Shown here one piece after another: positions 1-8,026 of a stretch of 64,000 bases of DNA. The stretch is taken from positions 8,043 to 72,042 of the IMG/VR virus record IMGVR_UViG_3300027374_000458. The stretch is one strand, 5' to 3'. This stretch comes from a virus (lineage: Duplodnaviria > Caudoviricetes). Positions within the stretch are counted from its first letter, which is position 1. Every line of letters starts with the position of its first letter. The position numbers were made by a program, and so were the translations under genes. Below the pieces are notes generated by a model. That model did no database searches. It worked only from the letters and a program-made list of their open reading frames with translations, and was not told the origin of the DNA.

Positions 1-259
1 TGACAAAGTTTTCATCAATTTCGGCAAGTTCGGCTTGTAATCCTTCCAATGTACTGACTATACATTCAATCTCTACCCAGCCCAAACTTTTTGCAGCCTC
101 CAAACGGTGCAACCCGGCAATCAGCGTATAGCTGCTGTCAATGATGATGGGATTAAGCAGTCCTATCTCTGCAATGCTTTTTCCAAGTTCCTCTATATGC
201 TCTGGCAACACCTCACGGCGGCCAGGATTTACCTTAATCTTGTCGATTTGGATGCGCAT
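1..259 (-). CDS. ParB/Spo0J-family N-terminal domain protein (3' end runs off window)
   Basis: Manual translation MRIQIDKIKVNPGRRE...SIAEIGLLNPIII...LIAGLHRLEAAKSLGW...AEIDEN; GGAGG RBS before ATG at 259; absent from ORF track because truncated. Confidence 0.85.
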   Translation of the reverse strand, partial: MRIQIDKIKVNPGRREVLPEHIEELGKSIAEIGLLNPIIIDSSYTLIAGLHRLEAAKSLGWVEIECIVSTLEGLQAELAEIDENFV

Positions 260-261
260 AT

Positions 262-995
262 TGCACCTCCCAATTTTGCGGAAATAGCGTAGGCGGCGCC
301 GCAGGACCTTGTTGCATCCGGTTTGCTAGCCCGAATCAATTCCAGCGGCAGACCGCCTGCGCTATTCCATAATGTATAAACTATAAGGTATGTGTGCCGT
401 ATTCACAGACGACAGGATCGCCCGCTTGCTTCCGGCCCCGGCACAGGAGTATATTGTGAGCCGCCGACGGCACCCGGCGCGAAACCGACAGATGGTGATT
501 TGGCAGATGACGAGGCTGCCCAAGCCAATCCCACAGTTCTTTCCCATCTTATCCCTATGATAAGACTTTGCGCACGTCCTGTTATGTTCTCGCCTTGCCC
601 CGCGTATCAACAGCCAGGGGTCCCGCTCGTACCTTTGATGTTATCGCTTTGACGGGCAGAAAACAGATTGCTCTGTTTTCTATCCGCAGGCAGTCTTCGC
701 GTCCATAACTGTACCATAACAGAACATTTCTCACATACTGACGATGAGGAGCATTTAGCTCCTGTTTTTCAAGGTACATTCGGGGTATGTATGCCGTATA
801 CCGATACCACCCCGCACAGAGACACCTACCAGATGTGTCTGTGCCGGCCGGCATCGTTTTCTATCATGCGGCAAGGGGGTAATAAAAAAGGCAGTCAGAA
901 CTTGTGATTTGCGCAGGTGATTAAAGGTATTCTGTCGAAATGAAAAGGCCGCTGCCCTCTTTTCAGGACAACGGCCTTTCATAAGTATCATTTTT
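262..995 (-). ncRNA. Candidate long structured 5' leader upstream of parB
   Basis: No ORF with an RBS; many hairpins, e.g. GCACAG/CTGTGC, AGGAGC-TAAAT-GCTCCT, GAAAACAG/CTGTTTTC, TCTTATC/GATAAGA, and a long-range stem 576-586 with 714-724. Confidence 0.4.
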
Positions 996-999
996 ACCG

Positions 1000-1030
1000 A
1001 TTATATAGCATTTCAACAGCATGGAGACAA
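1000..1030 (-). promoter_or_regulatory. Sigma-A-type promoter reading toward parB
   Basis: TTGTCT-N17-TATATA with TG extension; overlapping TATAAT at N19. Confidence 0.55.
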
Positions 1031-1080
1031 CTTCCTTTCCGCCTTCTGACACAAATGCAATGTATCATCGGTTTACTACA

Positions 1081-1107
1081 ACATTATTTCTGTTATGTTG
1101 TAAACCG
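1081..1107. repeat. Left inverted repeat, putative tyrosine recombinase site
   Basis: ACATTATTTCTGTTATGTTGTAAACCG; 26/27 identical to the reverse complement of 1292-1318. Confidence 0.85.
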
Positions 1108-1291
1108 CCTTCGTCACGGCAAAATCCTCTGACAGGATGATACAGCAATGCCAGTGAAAATAGACAAGATTTGTGTCGATAAGGGTACAAAAATTTAAGG
1201 GGAGCAAGATTTATCTTTTCCCCTTGTAAAAACACGTGAATTTTCAAAAGTCGATTATTTGAAGTATGAATATTGCACTCCTTTTCCGTCC

Positions 1292-1318
1292 CGGTTTACA
1301 ACATAACAGAAATTATGT
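1292..1318. repeat. Right inverted repeat, overlapping the recombinase stop codon
   Basis: CGGTTTACAACATAACAGAAATTATGT. Confidence 0.85.
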
Positions 1319-2170
1319 GATAATCAGTCCCAAACGCTCAATCTGGTGGGCGTGAACAGAACCACTCTCCATCGTGTAAATGCGAGTGGTGTTAATACTG
1401 GAATGGCCCAGAATATCAGCCAACCGGGAAATATCTTTTTCAATACCATAATATGTTATAGCAAACAAGTGCCGGAGATTATGAGGGAAAACCTTATTAG
1501 CCTCAACACCGGCGCTTTCGCATAATGCTTTCATATCACGCCAGATATTAGAGCGATCCAGCGGATTACCATTCCGAGTGGTGAAAATCGCACCATCGGT
1601 TTTGTTCATTTCTTTGATGTATCTGGACAGAACTCTCTGCAATTTCTTTGGCAAAAAAATGGTTCGACGTTTCCCCTTATTGTTAATCTCCGTGCGGCCA
1701 GTATGAACTGCCTCAACAGTTATAAACTGCAGTTCAGATACCCGGATACCTGTTGCGCATATCGTTTGCACCACCAAAGCGAGACGCCGGTTTCCCGCAC
1801 CTTCTGCGGCATGGACTAAACGCTTATATTCAGCATATGTCAATTCGCGGTTCTCATCGCGGAACAGTGGCTGCTGGATTTTTAAGGGTTTAACAGTTAA
1901 ATCAGCCCACCCCATATATTTTAGAAATCCGTTGAGTGACGCCAAAACGGAATTGACAGTTGCAGTAGAATACTTATCGATTAGAGTGTTTTTCCACTCA
2001 ATAAGAGTAGATTTAGTCAGTTCCTTACCGCCAAAATATGTAGCAGCTACTTTGAGATCGTGGACATACTTTAAAACAGTAGCTGAACTTTTTTCATTTT
2101 CCTGCAAATGGGTCGAATAACTGACAATTTCTTCGTGAGTGAGTGCCCTTATGCCTTGTGTCATACGCAT
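1313..2170 (-). CDS. Tyrosine-type site-specific recombinase/integrase (XerC-like)
   Basis: TGIRVSEL, KGK.R, PHNLRHLFA, LADILGHSSINTTRIY catalytic motifs; GGAGG RBS before ATG at 2170. Confidence 0.95.
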   Translation of the reverse strand: MRMTQGIRALTHEEIVSYSTHLQENEKSSATVLKYVHDLKVAATYFGGKELTKSTLIEWKNTLIDKYSTATVNSVLASLNGFLKYMGWADLTVKPLKIQQPLFRDENRELTYAEYKRLVHAAEGAGNRRLALVVQTICATGIRVSELQFITVEAVHTGRTEINNKGKRRTIFLPKKLQRVLSRYIKEMNKTDGAIFTTRNGNPLDRSNIWRDMKALCESAGVEANKVFPHNLRHLFAITYYGIEKDISRLADILGHSSINTTRIYTMESGSVHAHQIERLGLIIT

Positions 2171-2332
2171 GGAAAAAGTCCTCCCTATATTCGATACACA
2201 TAGCGCGCGCTGCATCGAATATAAGGAGAACTATTGATATGCAAATGGCATTGTTTTAATCAAACAGATAAGCAAAAGCAAAATAATAGAAATCCCGTCC
2301 AATACATTCCGGGCTTTATGTGTAATTACTAT

Positions 2333-2361
2333 ATTGTACCATGATTCCATATAAAATGCAA
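2333..2361 (-). promoter_or_regulatory. Promoter of the recombinase gene
   Basis: TTGCAT-N17-TACAAT with extended -10 TG. Confidence 0.65.
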
Positions 2362-2367
2362 ACCATT

Positions 2368-5193
2368 TCATAATCCGTATTTTCTCTTTAGGTGCTTGAA
2401 GAATTCATTGGCTTCCCTTATTGCAGCATTTGGCAACGGACGCTCTACAAGGTACTTTGGGAGCTCCAAACCAGATGTGTTTTCATGTTTCCGGCGAAAA
2501 ACCACTTTCCTCTGTTCCAAGTCAAGATGCTGGATTTCATAGCTCTGCGACTCCCAGCAAAATGAGATTGGAGAATTGCTATGAACAGGTTCATCAAGGG
2601 ATACCGTACCACCCACTGTCTCCATTGATGCCCTATCCGTCCAAAATGTTTCGCTTGTGCTTGCCTCTGTAGGCAATTCTTCCCCAAGCAGCTTCTCAAT
2701 ATCCTTAAAGCGAAATACAACAATATTTTTTTTGCAAAGGCGAAAGTATTCGCGTAACCCATCATATGGCTGCTTCAAAATGGAAATTGGCTCTGATACT
2801 TTTTCGAGCTTTTCAAGAATCGGTATGGGTTCAGCCTCCGCTTCATCTTGAACAAACCCTGCACAGGCTGTATGGACATAAGCATATTTCAGGCTCTTAT
2901 TTGGCGCCTTGGGGTTGACCTCAACTAAAGTAATATCCTGATCCATCAACATGCGCCGTTCACAATAAAAGCACCGGCCCTCCTGTCTTGTCCAGATACC
3001 TTTACGTTCTACGCCGCTCACCTTCTGGTTATCACGCCTACGTTTCAACTGCTCATAATAAGTAATATCCAAATATGGCTGATAACCTGTCTTGATTGGA
3101 ATATGCTGGGCGACATTCATGTCAGAAAGGAAAATAACAGAATGCGTTGGCGTATCCGGTAGAGCAAAAACATGACGTTCTTGAGAGTCTGTTACCCAAT
3201 ACTTATTTACCAGATGTCCCATCTGACGCGCAGGGTGAAGTTCCCTCACCTTTTCCAGCAAAAAGGTTTGAACGCTGCTGTCAATGGTGCGAAAAGCCTC
3301 CCGCGCATCTGTTACACGATGATAGTTTCCCCAACCGGCCAGTTTGCGGTTTAAGCCATCAATCAATTTTAGCTGTGACCCCTTAAAGCCGGAGATATAG
3401 CGTTGCAGCCGCGCTTGGAAATTATCTACGGCTCTTTCCGATGGTTCAGATACCAGCAATGCGCCATGGTACTTTCGCTGATACCATCGGGATAAAAACT
3501 CAAACCCTTCTTCAATATCCACAATGCTGCTTTTGCTCCAATTCAATTCCAGGCCGCGCACAGCAAGAAACTCTTGTATGACCTCCATAATGACTTGGGC
3601 GGATTCAAGGCTTCTTGCGGTAAAAATTAAGTCATCCGCAAATCTCACCATGGAGCCATTGCCATAATCTATAGGCCCATTGCCGTAGAGACGATCAAAT
3701 ACGACACCCTGCAGTCCATCCAAGGTCATGTTTCCCAAAATTGGAGACAGCGATGCTCCCTGTGAAATTCCATACTCCAAAGGCGGAAACAATTCTCCAT
3801 CGTAAATTGAGCCTGCGCTAAGCGTTTCAGCCAAAACTTTCTTATCAAGCGGGATATTTCTTATGAGCCAGTCATGGGATATCCTGTCGTAGCACTTCCT
3901 TACGTCAGCCCGGACAACAAAGCGTGGGGATCTGTCACCGCTGAAATTTCGCTGAATATATGAGTGTGCATCAAAAATCGAACGCCCTTTCCGAAATGCG
4001 TAGGATTGCCTGTCGCCCAGTGATTCAGCAACCGGATCAACGGAATATGCGTAGAGCACCTGCATGGCTTTATCATAGCAGACTGGGATATTGATCCCTC
4101 GCTCTTTCCCATCTGCATTTATGATAATTTTCCTGTATGGCTTTGCATGATACCCCTTCGAGGTGAGCGAAAGGGCCGCCTCCATTTTTTCTGCATCTGT
4201 AGTCCACTTCATACCGTCAATTCCCGGTTCGGAATCCTCTTTCACTACATGGCGAACAGCCAGAACCTTCGCCCACCGGGAGCGTACCAACACCTTTTGG
4301 ACTTCTGTAACCTCGGACATGTTTCTGGCATATGTCAACCGGGAAATGCTTTGCTGGTATTTCAGCAGCTCCCGTTCTGCACGTTCCCAGTCCATTTCCT
4401 GCCATTCTTGGGCCAATTCATTTTGTGATGTTATTCTTTGCGGCGCACGCTCTCGAATGGTCAATTCAATCGGGCAGTGATCAGAGCCGAGCACATCCGT
4501 TAAGTGCCGGATATCACAAACATCATTTACAATATCCTTTGTGACGAGAAAATAATCCAATCGCCAGCCCCGGTTTTCCAATCGTTTGTTCAGGCGATTC
4601 GACCACCATGTATAGGCTCCCGTCCTCTTGGGATACCAGTTGCGGAATACATCGACAAAGCCTGCCTCCAATAGAGCTTCAAAGCCTTCCCGTTCCTCTG
4701 AACGAAATCCGGGAGGGCTTTCTTCATTACGCAAATTTTCCGGGTAGATGTCAATATAATCTCGCGCAACATTGATATCGCCACAAAGTATGACCGGTTT
4801 GGGTAACTGCCGGAGGTAAAACAGCAGTTCCGAATCCCACTCCAAACGATACTCCAGCCGGTCTAAACTATGTTGTGAATTGGGAAAGTACGCATTGACC
4901 AGAAAAAAGCCAGGATATTCTAACGTCACAAGACGGCCCTCATCATCGAATTTTTCAACGTCAAACCCATATCGGACAGAAAGTGGTTCAATCCTTGACA
5001 GTGTAAGCGTACCAGAGTATCCAGGCCGTTTTGCTGCATTCCAATATGCGTGAAATCCGGACAATTCAAAATCCGCCATGCCCTTTGTTTCCTGGAGGCA
5101 GATCACATCAGCATCCGCTTTTTCAAAAAAACGGACAGAATTATGTTTTATATATGCTCGCAACCCGTTAATATTCCAGGATATGATTTTCAT
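2368..5193 (-). CDS. Exonuclease III/AP endonuclease fused to a group II intron-like reverse transcriptase, with maturase, degenerate HNH and C-terminal domains
   Basis: N-term SWNING, LQETK, NAYFPN, CGDIN, WRLDY, SDHCP; then RT motifs YAFRKGRS, DVRKCYDRISHDW, SQGASLSP, RFADD (aa 518-521); LAGWGNYH thumb; CFYC...HTAC. Confidence 0.92.
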   Translation of the reverse strand: MKIISWNINGLRAYIKHNSVRFFEKADADVICLQETKGMADFELSGFHAYWNAAKRPGYSGTLTLSRIEPLSVRYGFDVEKFDDEGRLVTLEYPGFFLVNAYFPNSQHSLDRLEYRLEWDSELLFYLRQLPKPVILCGDINVARDYIDIYPENLRNEESPPGFRSEEREGFEALLEAGFVDVFRNWYPKRTGAYTWWSNRLNKRLENRGWRLDYFLVTKDIVNDVCDIRHLTDVLGSDHCPIELTIRERAPQRITSQNELAQEWQEMDWERAERELLKYQQSISRLTYARNMSEVTEVQKVLVRSRWAKVLAVRHVVKEDSEPGIDGMKWTTDAEKMEAALSLTSKGYHAKPYRKIIINADGKERGINIPVCYDKAMQVLYAYSVDPVAESLGDRQSYAFRKGRSIFDAHSYIQRNFSGDRSPRFVVRADVRKCYDRISHDWLIRNIPLDKKVLAETLSAGSIYDGELFPPLEYGISQGASLSPILGNMTLDGLQGVVFDRLYGNGPIDYGNGSMVRFADDLIFTARSLESAQVIMEVIQEFLAVRGLELNWSKSSIVDIEEGFEFLSRWYQRKYHGALLVSEPSERAVDNFQARLQRYISGFKGSQLKLIDGLNRKLAGWGNYHRVTDAREAFRTIDSSVQTFLLEKVRELHPARQMGHLVNKYWVTDSQERHVFALPDTPTHSVIFLSDMNVAQHIPIKTGYQPYLDITYYEQLKRRRDNQKVSGVERKGIWTRQEGRCFYCERRMLMDQDITLVEVNPKAPNKSLKYAYVHTACAGFVQDEAEAEPIPILEKLEKVSEPISILKQPYDGLREYFRLCKKNIVVFRFKDIEKLLGEELPTEASTSETFWTDRASMETVGGTVSLDEPVHSNSPISFCWESQSYEIQHLDLEQRKVVFRRKHENTSGLELPKYLVERPLPNAAIREANEFFKHLKRKYGL

Positions 5194-5246
5194 GACAATA
5201 CCTCCAGCTGCTGCCTAATTCGTATCTGTCTTTAATCACTTATCTC

Positions 5247-5269
5247 ATTATAACATATACAAACTTTTC
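5247..5269 (-). promoter_or_regulatory. Extended -10 promoter for the ExoIII-RT gene
   Basis: TGT-TATAAT about 55 nt upstream of the ATG, which has a GGAGG RBS. Confidence 0.6.
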
Positions 5270-5359
5270 GCAAAATAAATTTGCATTTGTGCTGTGGCTC
5301 CACGAAAATACAACAGATTTGATAAAAACCGTCCCAATAATCTCGCTTGCGAATCCCCC

Positions 5360-5836
5360 TCAAATCGCAAGGTTTATAATTTTCAAGCCTTGTCCACGGG
5401 CATAATTTACAGTATATGCTGTACCGCCTTCTGATTTTGTCATATAGCAAACGCAGGTTCCGCTATGGTCTACCAGATGCCGGTTTCGTTTGAACATGCA
5501 GCCACGGGTATATTCCTGGGATGTATAGACAATTTTATCCGCCTGCGCTTTAATCCCCTCGTAGATCTCCTGATCCCTGCCGCTCCACTTCTGCGCCTGA
5601 GAAAGACAGGGAAGGACAAGGATCAGCTTAATTTGAGGAATTTCTTCACGCAGCTTGAGAACTACCTTTGATGAGACCGTATCGAATCCTAAAGCTCCGC
5701 CTGCTCCATAGTAAACAATCTTCTGCTCAACAAGCGTTCGGATCAGGGCTTCCAGCTTTTTCTCCAAAATCGAAATTTGCCCCTGTGGAATGTTCCTGTG
5801 ACCTGTAAAACAGCAGGTCATGTCTCTCATTGTCAT
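5360..5836 (-). CDS. SLOG-family (DUF1273/YpsA-like) protein
   Basis: CCFTGHR, GAGGALGFD, RNRHLVD, GGTAYTVNYA. Confidence 0.85.
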   Translation of the reverse strand: MTMRDMTCCFTGHRNIPQGQISILEKKLEALIRTLVEQKIVYYGAGGALGFDTVSSKVVLKLREEIPQIKLILVLPCLSQAQKWSGRDQEIYEGIKAQADKIVYTSQEYTRGCMFKRNRHLVDHSGTCVCYMTKSEGGTAYTVNYARGQGLKIINLAI

Positions 5837-5959
5837 AGCCGCCTCCAAAATGTAATTTATAAAATCGTTCTATTATACCACCATAGGGGAATAATAGCCA
5901 CTATGAGGGATTACAAAAACCGCAAATTCGCTATATTCTTCCCCTATAGGGGAGGTGGT

Positions 5960-6307
5960 ATGATAATGGAGAATCCAAAAACAAAAAATGATGTTCTTGT
6001 CCAGATCGGACGTCGGCTTGCCAAAACGCGCACAGACAGAGGCTGTACCCAGGAACAACTGGCAAATATGACCGGACTTTCCATCAAAATGATTTCCGCC
6101 GCCGAGAATGGACATAAGGCCATGCGGCCAGAAAATATCATAAAAATATGCGACAGTCTTTCAATTTCAGCAGATTACCTTCTGCGTGGAGAATCCCCCT
6201 TTCTCGGCGCTGTGATTGAACGCGAAAAAATCAACGCCCTGACGCAAAAGCAGCGAGAATCGCTCTCAAAAATCATTACTGATTTTCTTTCCGCATTTGA
6301 AGCATGA
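5960..6307 (+). CDS. XRE-family helix-turn-helix repressor
   Basis: IGRRLAKTR...TQEQLANMTGLSIKMISAAENG...ICDSLSISADYLL; GGAGG RBS. Confidence 0.92.
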   Translation: MIMENPKTKNDVLVQIGRRLAKTRTDRGCTQEQLANMTGLSIKMISAAENGHKAMRPENIIKICDSLSISADYLLRGESPFLGAVIEREKINALTQKQRESLSKIITDFLSAFEA

Positions 6308-6323
6308 GGTTCTGCATACCCAT

Positions 6324-6370
6324 AAAAGCAGGGGCCAGACAAGAAAAAAACTGACCCCTGCTTTTGTTTT
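6324..6370 (+). terminator. Intrinsic terminator after the XRE gene
   Basis: AAAAGCAGGGG...CCCCTGCTTTTGTTTT. Confidence 0.7.
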
Positions 6371-6499
6371 TTCATATCAATCGAGCAGATAGAGTAAGCT
6401 GTGATCCTGCATTTTCACAAAGCATACAGCAAAAGCGAGTTTTACAAGGATAATATAATGTATTCGACAATAATATACAAAATGTGCGAATAATCTTCG

Positions 6500-6528
6500 T
6501 TGACATCCACTATATTATGTGGTATGGT
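6500..6528 (+). promoter_or_regulatory. Strong sigma-A promoter of the plus-strand arm
   Basis: TTGACA-N17-TATGGT with extended -10 TG. Confidence 0.75.
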
Positions 6529-6534
6529 TAATGT

Positions 6535-6820
6535 GTAATTGATTGTTTGTGCGTTCCTCACTGAAAGCGTGAGGCTGGGCCGGTGGTCTGGGAACGGGAG
6601 GCACCCGTATTGCACACGTTGTCAGGGTTGTACGTTATACCGGCAGGGTCGTTGCGCAGATAGGCGGACGATTGCCGGTGGATTTTATGGGGGCAGTCTG
6701 CCCCAACGCCTTTGGGCGGGAATGACAGTTTCTCTCCAGATTGGAGGGAGAAAGCGGTTTTGGAACCGCCAGTCTGTCATCCCGCTCTTTTTTTATGCTC
6801 AAACGCCGAAAGGTTTTGAG
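6535..6820 (+). ncRNA. Candidate structured 5' leader ending in a branched terminator-like stem
   Basis: Several hairpins; GCGGGAATGACAG/CTGTCATCCCGC encloses two hairpins and is followed by a T-tract. Confidence 0.5.
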
Positions 6821-6848
6821 AAATACATTTTTGAAAGGAGCACATGAC

Positions 6849-7031
6849 ATGACGAAGAAGTGGAAGCACAAGAGGAATCCCAAGCCCCGCAGCGGCCCTA
6901 CCAGAGGCAAGTACCGCCAGATGTGGAAGGTCCAGATCAGGGACATGATTCCCGGAGAGGAGGAAACGCAGTGTGAACAAGTCGTACCAGCCTTTGGTAC
7001 TGGCGGATACCGCCAATCTCGCGCGGCCTGA
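6849..7031 (+). CDS. Small Lys/Arg-rich protein
   Basis: AAAGGAG RBS; MTKKWKHKRNPKPRSGPTRGKYRQMWK; overlaps the next gene by 59 nt. Confidence 0.5.
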   Translation: MTKKWKHKRNPKPRSGPTRGKYRQMWKVQIRDMIPGEEETQCEQVVPAFGTGGYRQSRAA

Positions 7032-8007
7032 CTGGCTGACTCTGCGCCGGAGAGGTCTTGGTGGCAGCGATGCGGCGGCAGTTCTAAGCATCTCGCCCTT
7101 TCGGACGGCCCGGGATCTGTACTACGACAAACTCGGTATTGTCACGGCAGACGATCAAGCCAACTGGGTCGCATTGGAGGTCGGCAATCTGCTGGAACCT
7201 TTGGTTGCCCGTATCTTTGAGGCAAAGACTGGTCTGAAGGTCTACCAGCGGAAATGTATGTTCCAGCACCCGCTCTACCCCTGGATGCTGGCGGATCTGG
7301 ACTACCTAGTAGATTTACCGGACGGAACTACGGCCATCGTGGAAATCAAGACCACCAACTATAACGCAAAGGACAAATGGTGGTACAACGGAGCAGAAAT
7401 CGTACCAGTGTACTATGAAACCCAAGGCCGGCATTATATGGCGGTCATGAATCTGAACCGCGTCTACTACTGCTGTCTTTATGGCAACAATGAAGACGAG
7501 GCTATTGTCCGGCATATTGACCGGGACATGGCCTACGAGGCGGAGCTGATTGCGTTGGAACATGATTTTTGGCACGAGAATGTACTGGCGCATGTCCCGC
7601 CCCCCTATACAGAGGACGGCGACCTTATTCTGGAGAGCCTGCGGCGGTCATTAGGCCCATCGGATGCGGACGAACCACCGGTGGAGTTTTCAAAAACGCA
7701 GTCTGACCGAATCGCCCGGTATCTGGAGCTTCAAGAGGAAAAGAAACGGTACGACAGCGATACGAAAGCGGTCGATGCAGAAATGCAGCGTCTGAAAGCC
7801 CTCATCGTTGCCGACATGGGCCACAGCAGCACCGCAATTTGTGAAGATGGCTGCACCGTGAGCTGGAAGCCGGTTCGTAAAGTCGGAATATCCAAACACG
7901 ACTTGGAACGTCTGAAAGAGGTGCATCCCGAAATTTACGCAGAGTACGCATCAGTCTCCGAAAGCCGGCGCTTCAATATCAAGCTGCCCAAGCCAGAGGC
8001 TGCGTAA
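6973..8007 (+). CDS. YqaJ-like viral recombinase family exonuclease
   Basis: RRRGLGGSDAA, ADLDY, VEIKT, QGRHYM; GGAGG RBS. Confidence 0.92.
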   Translation: MNKSYQPLVLADTANLARPDWLTLRRRGLGGSDAAAVLSISPFRTARDLYYDKLGIVTADDQANWVALEVGNLLEPLVARIFEAKTGLKVYQRKCMFQHPLYPWMLADLDYLVDLPDGTTAIVEIKTTNYNAKDKWWYNGAEIVPVYYETQGRHYMAVMNLNRVYYCCLYGNNEDEAIVRHIDRDMAYEAELIALEHDFWHENVLAHVPPPYTEDGDLILESLRRSLGPSDADEPPVEFSKTQSDRIARYLELQEEKKRYDSDTKAVDAEMQRLKALIVADMGHSSTAICEDGCTVSWKPVRKVGISKHDLERLKEVHPEIYAEYASVSESRRFNIKLPKPEAA

Positions 8008-8026
8008 AAGCAAGGAGGAAAACGCT

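Noticed and set aside
449-490. GAGCCG...GAAA resembling intron domain V
   Set aside because: Wrong strand relative to the RT, and no pairing with a CGGTTC 3' arm
738-770. CTGACGA plus hairpin resembling a hammerhead core
   Set aside because: No GAAA after stem II
362-991. Short ORFs in the leader region
   Set aside because: No RBS, no recognisable motifs, overlapping on both strands
2216-2367. Group II intron domains V/VI after the RT
   Set aside because: No AGC-triad hairpin; the gap is short, AT-rich and contains a promoter
6549-6553. GTGCG as a group II intron 5' end
   Set aside because: Opposite strand and direction to the RT; common 5-mer explained by local pairing
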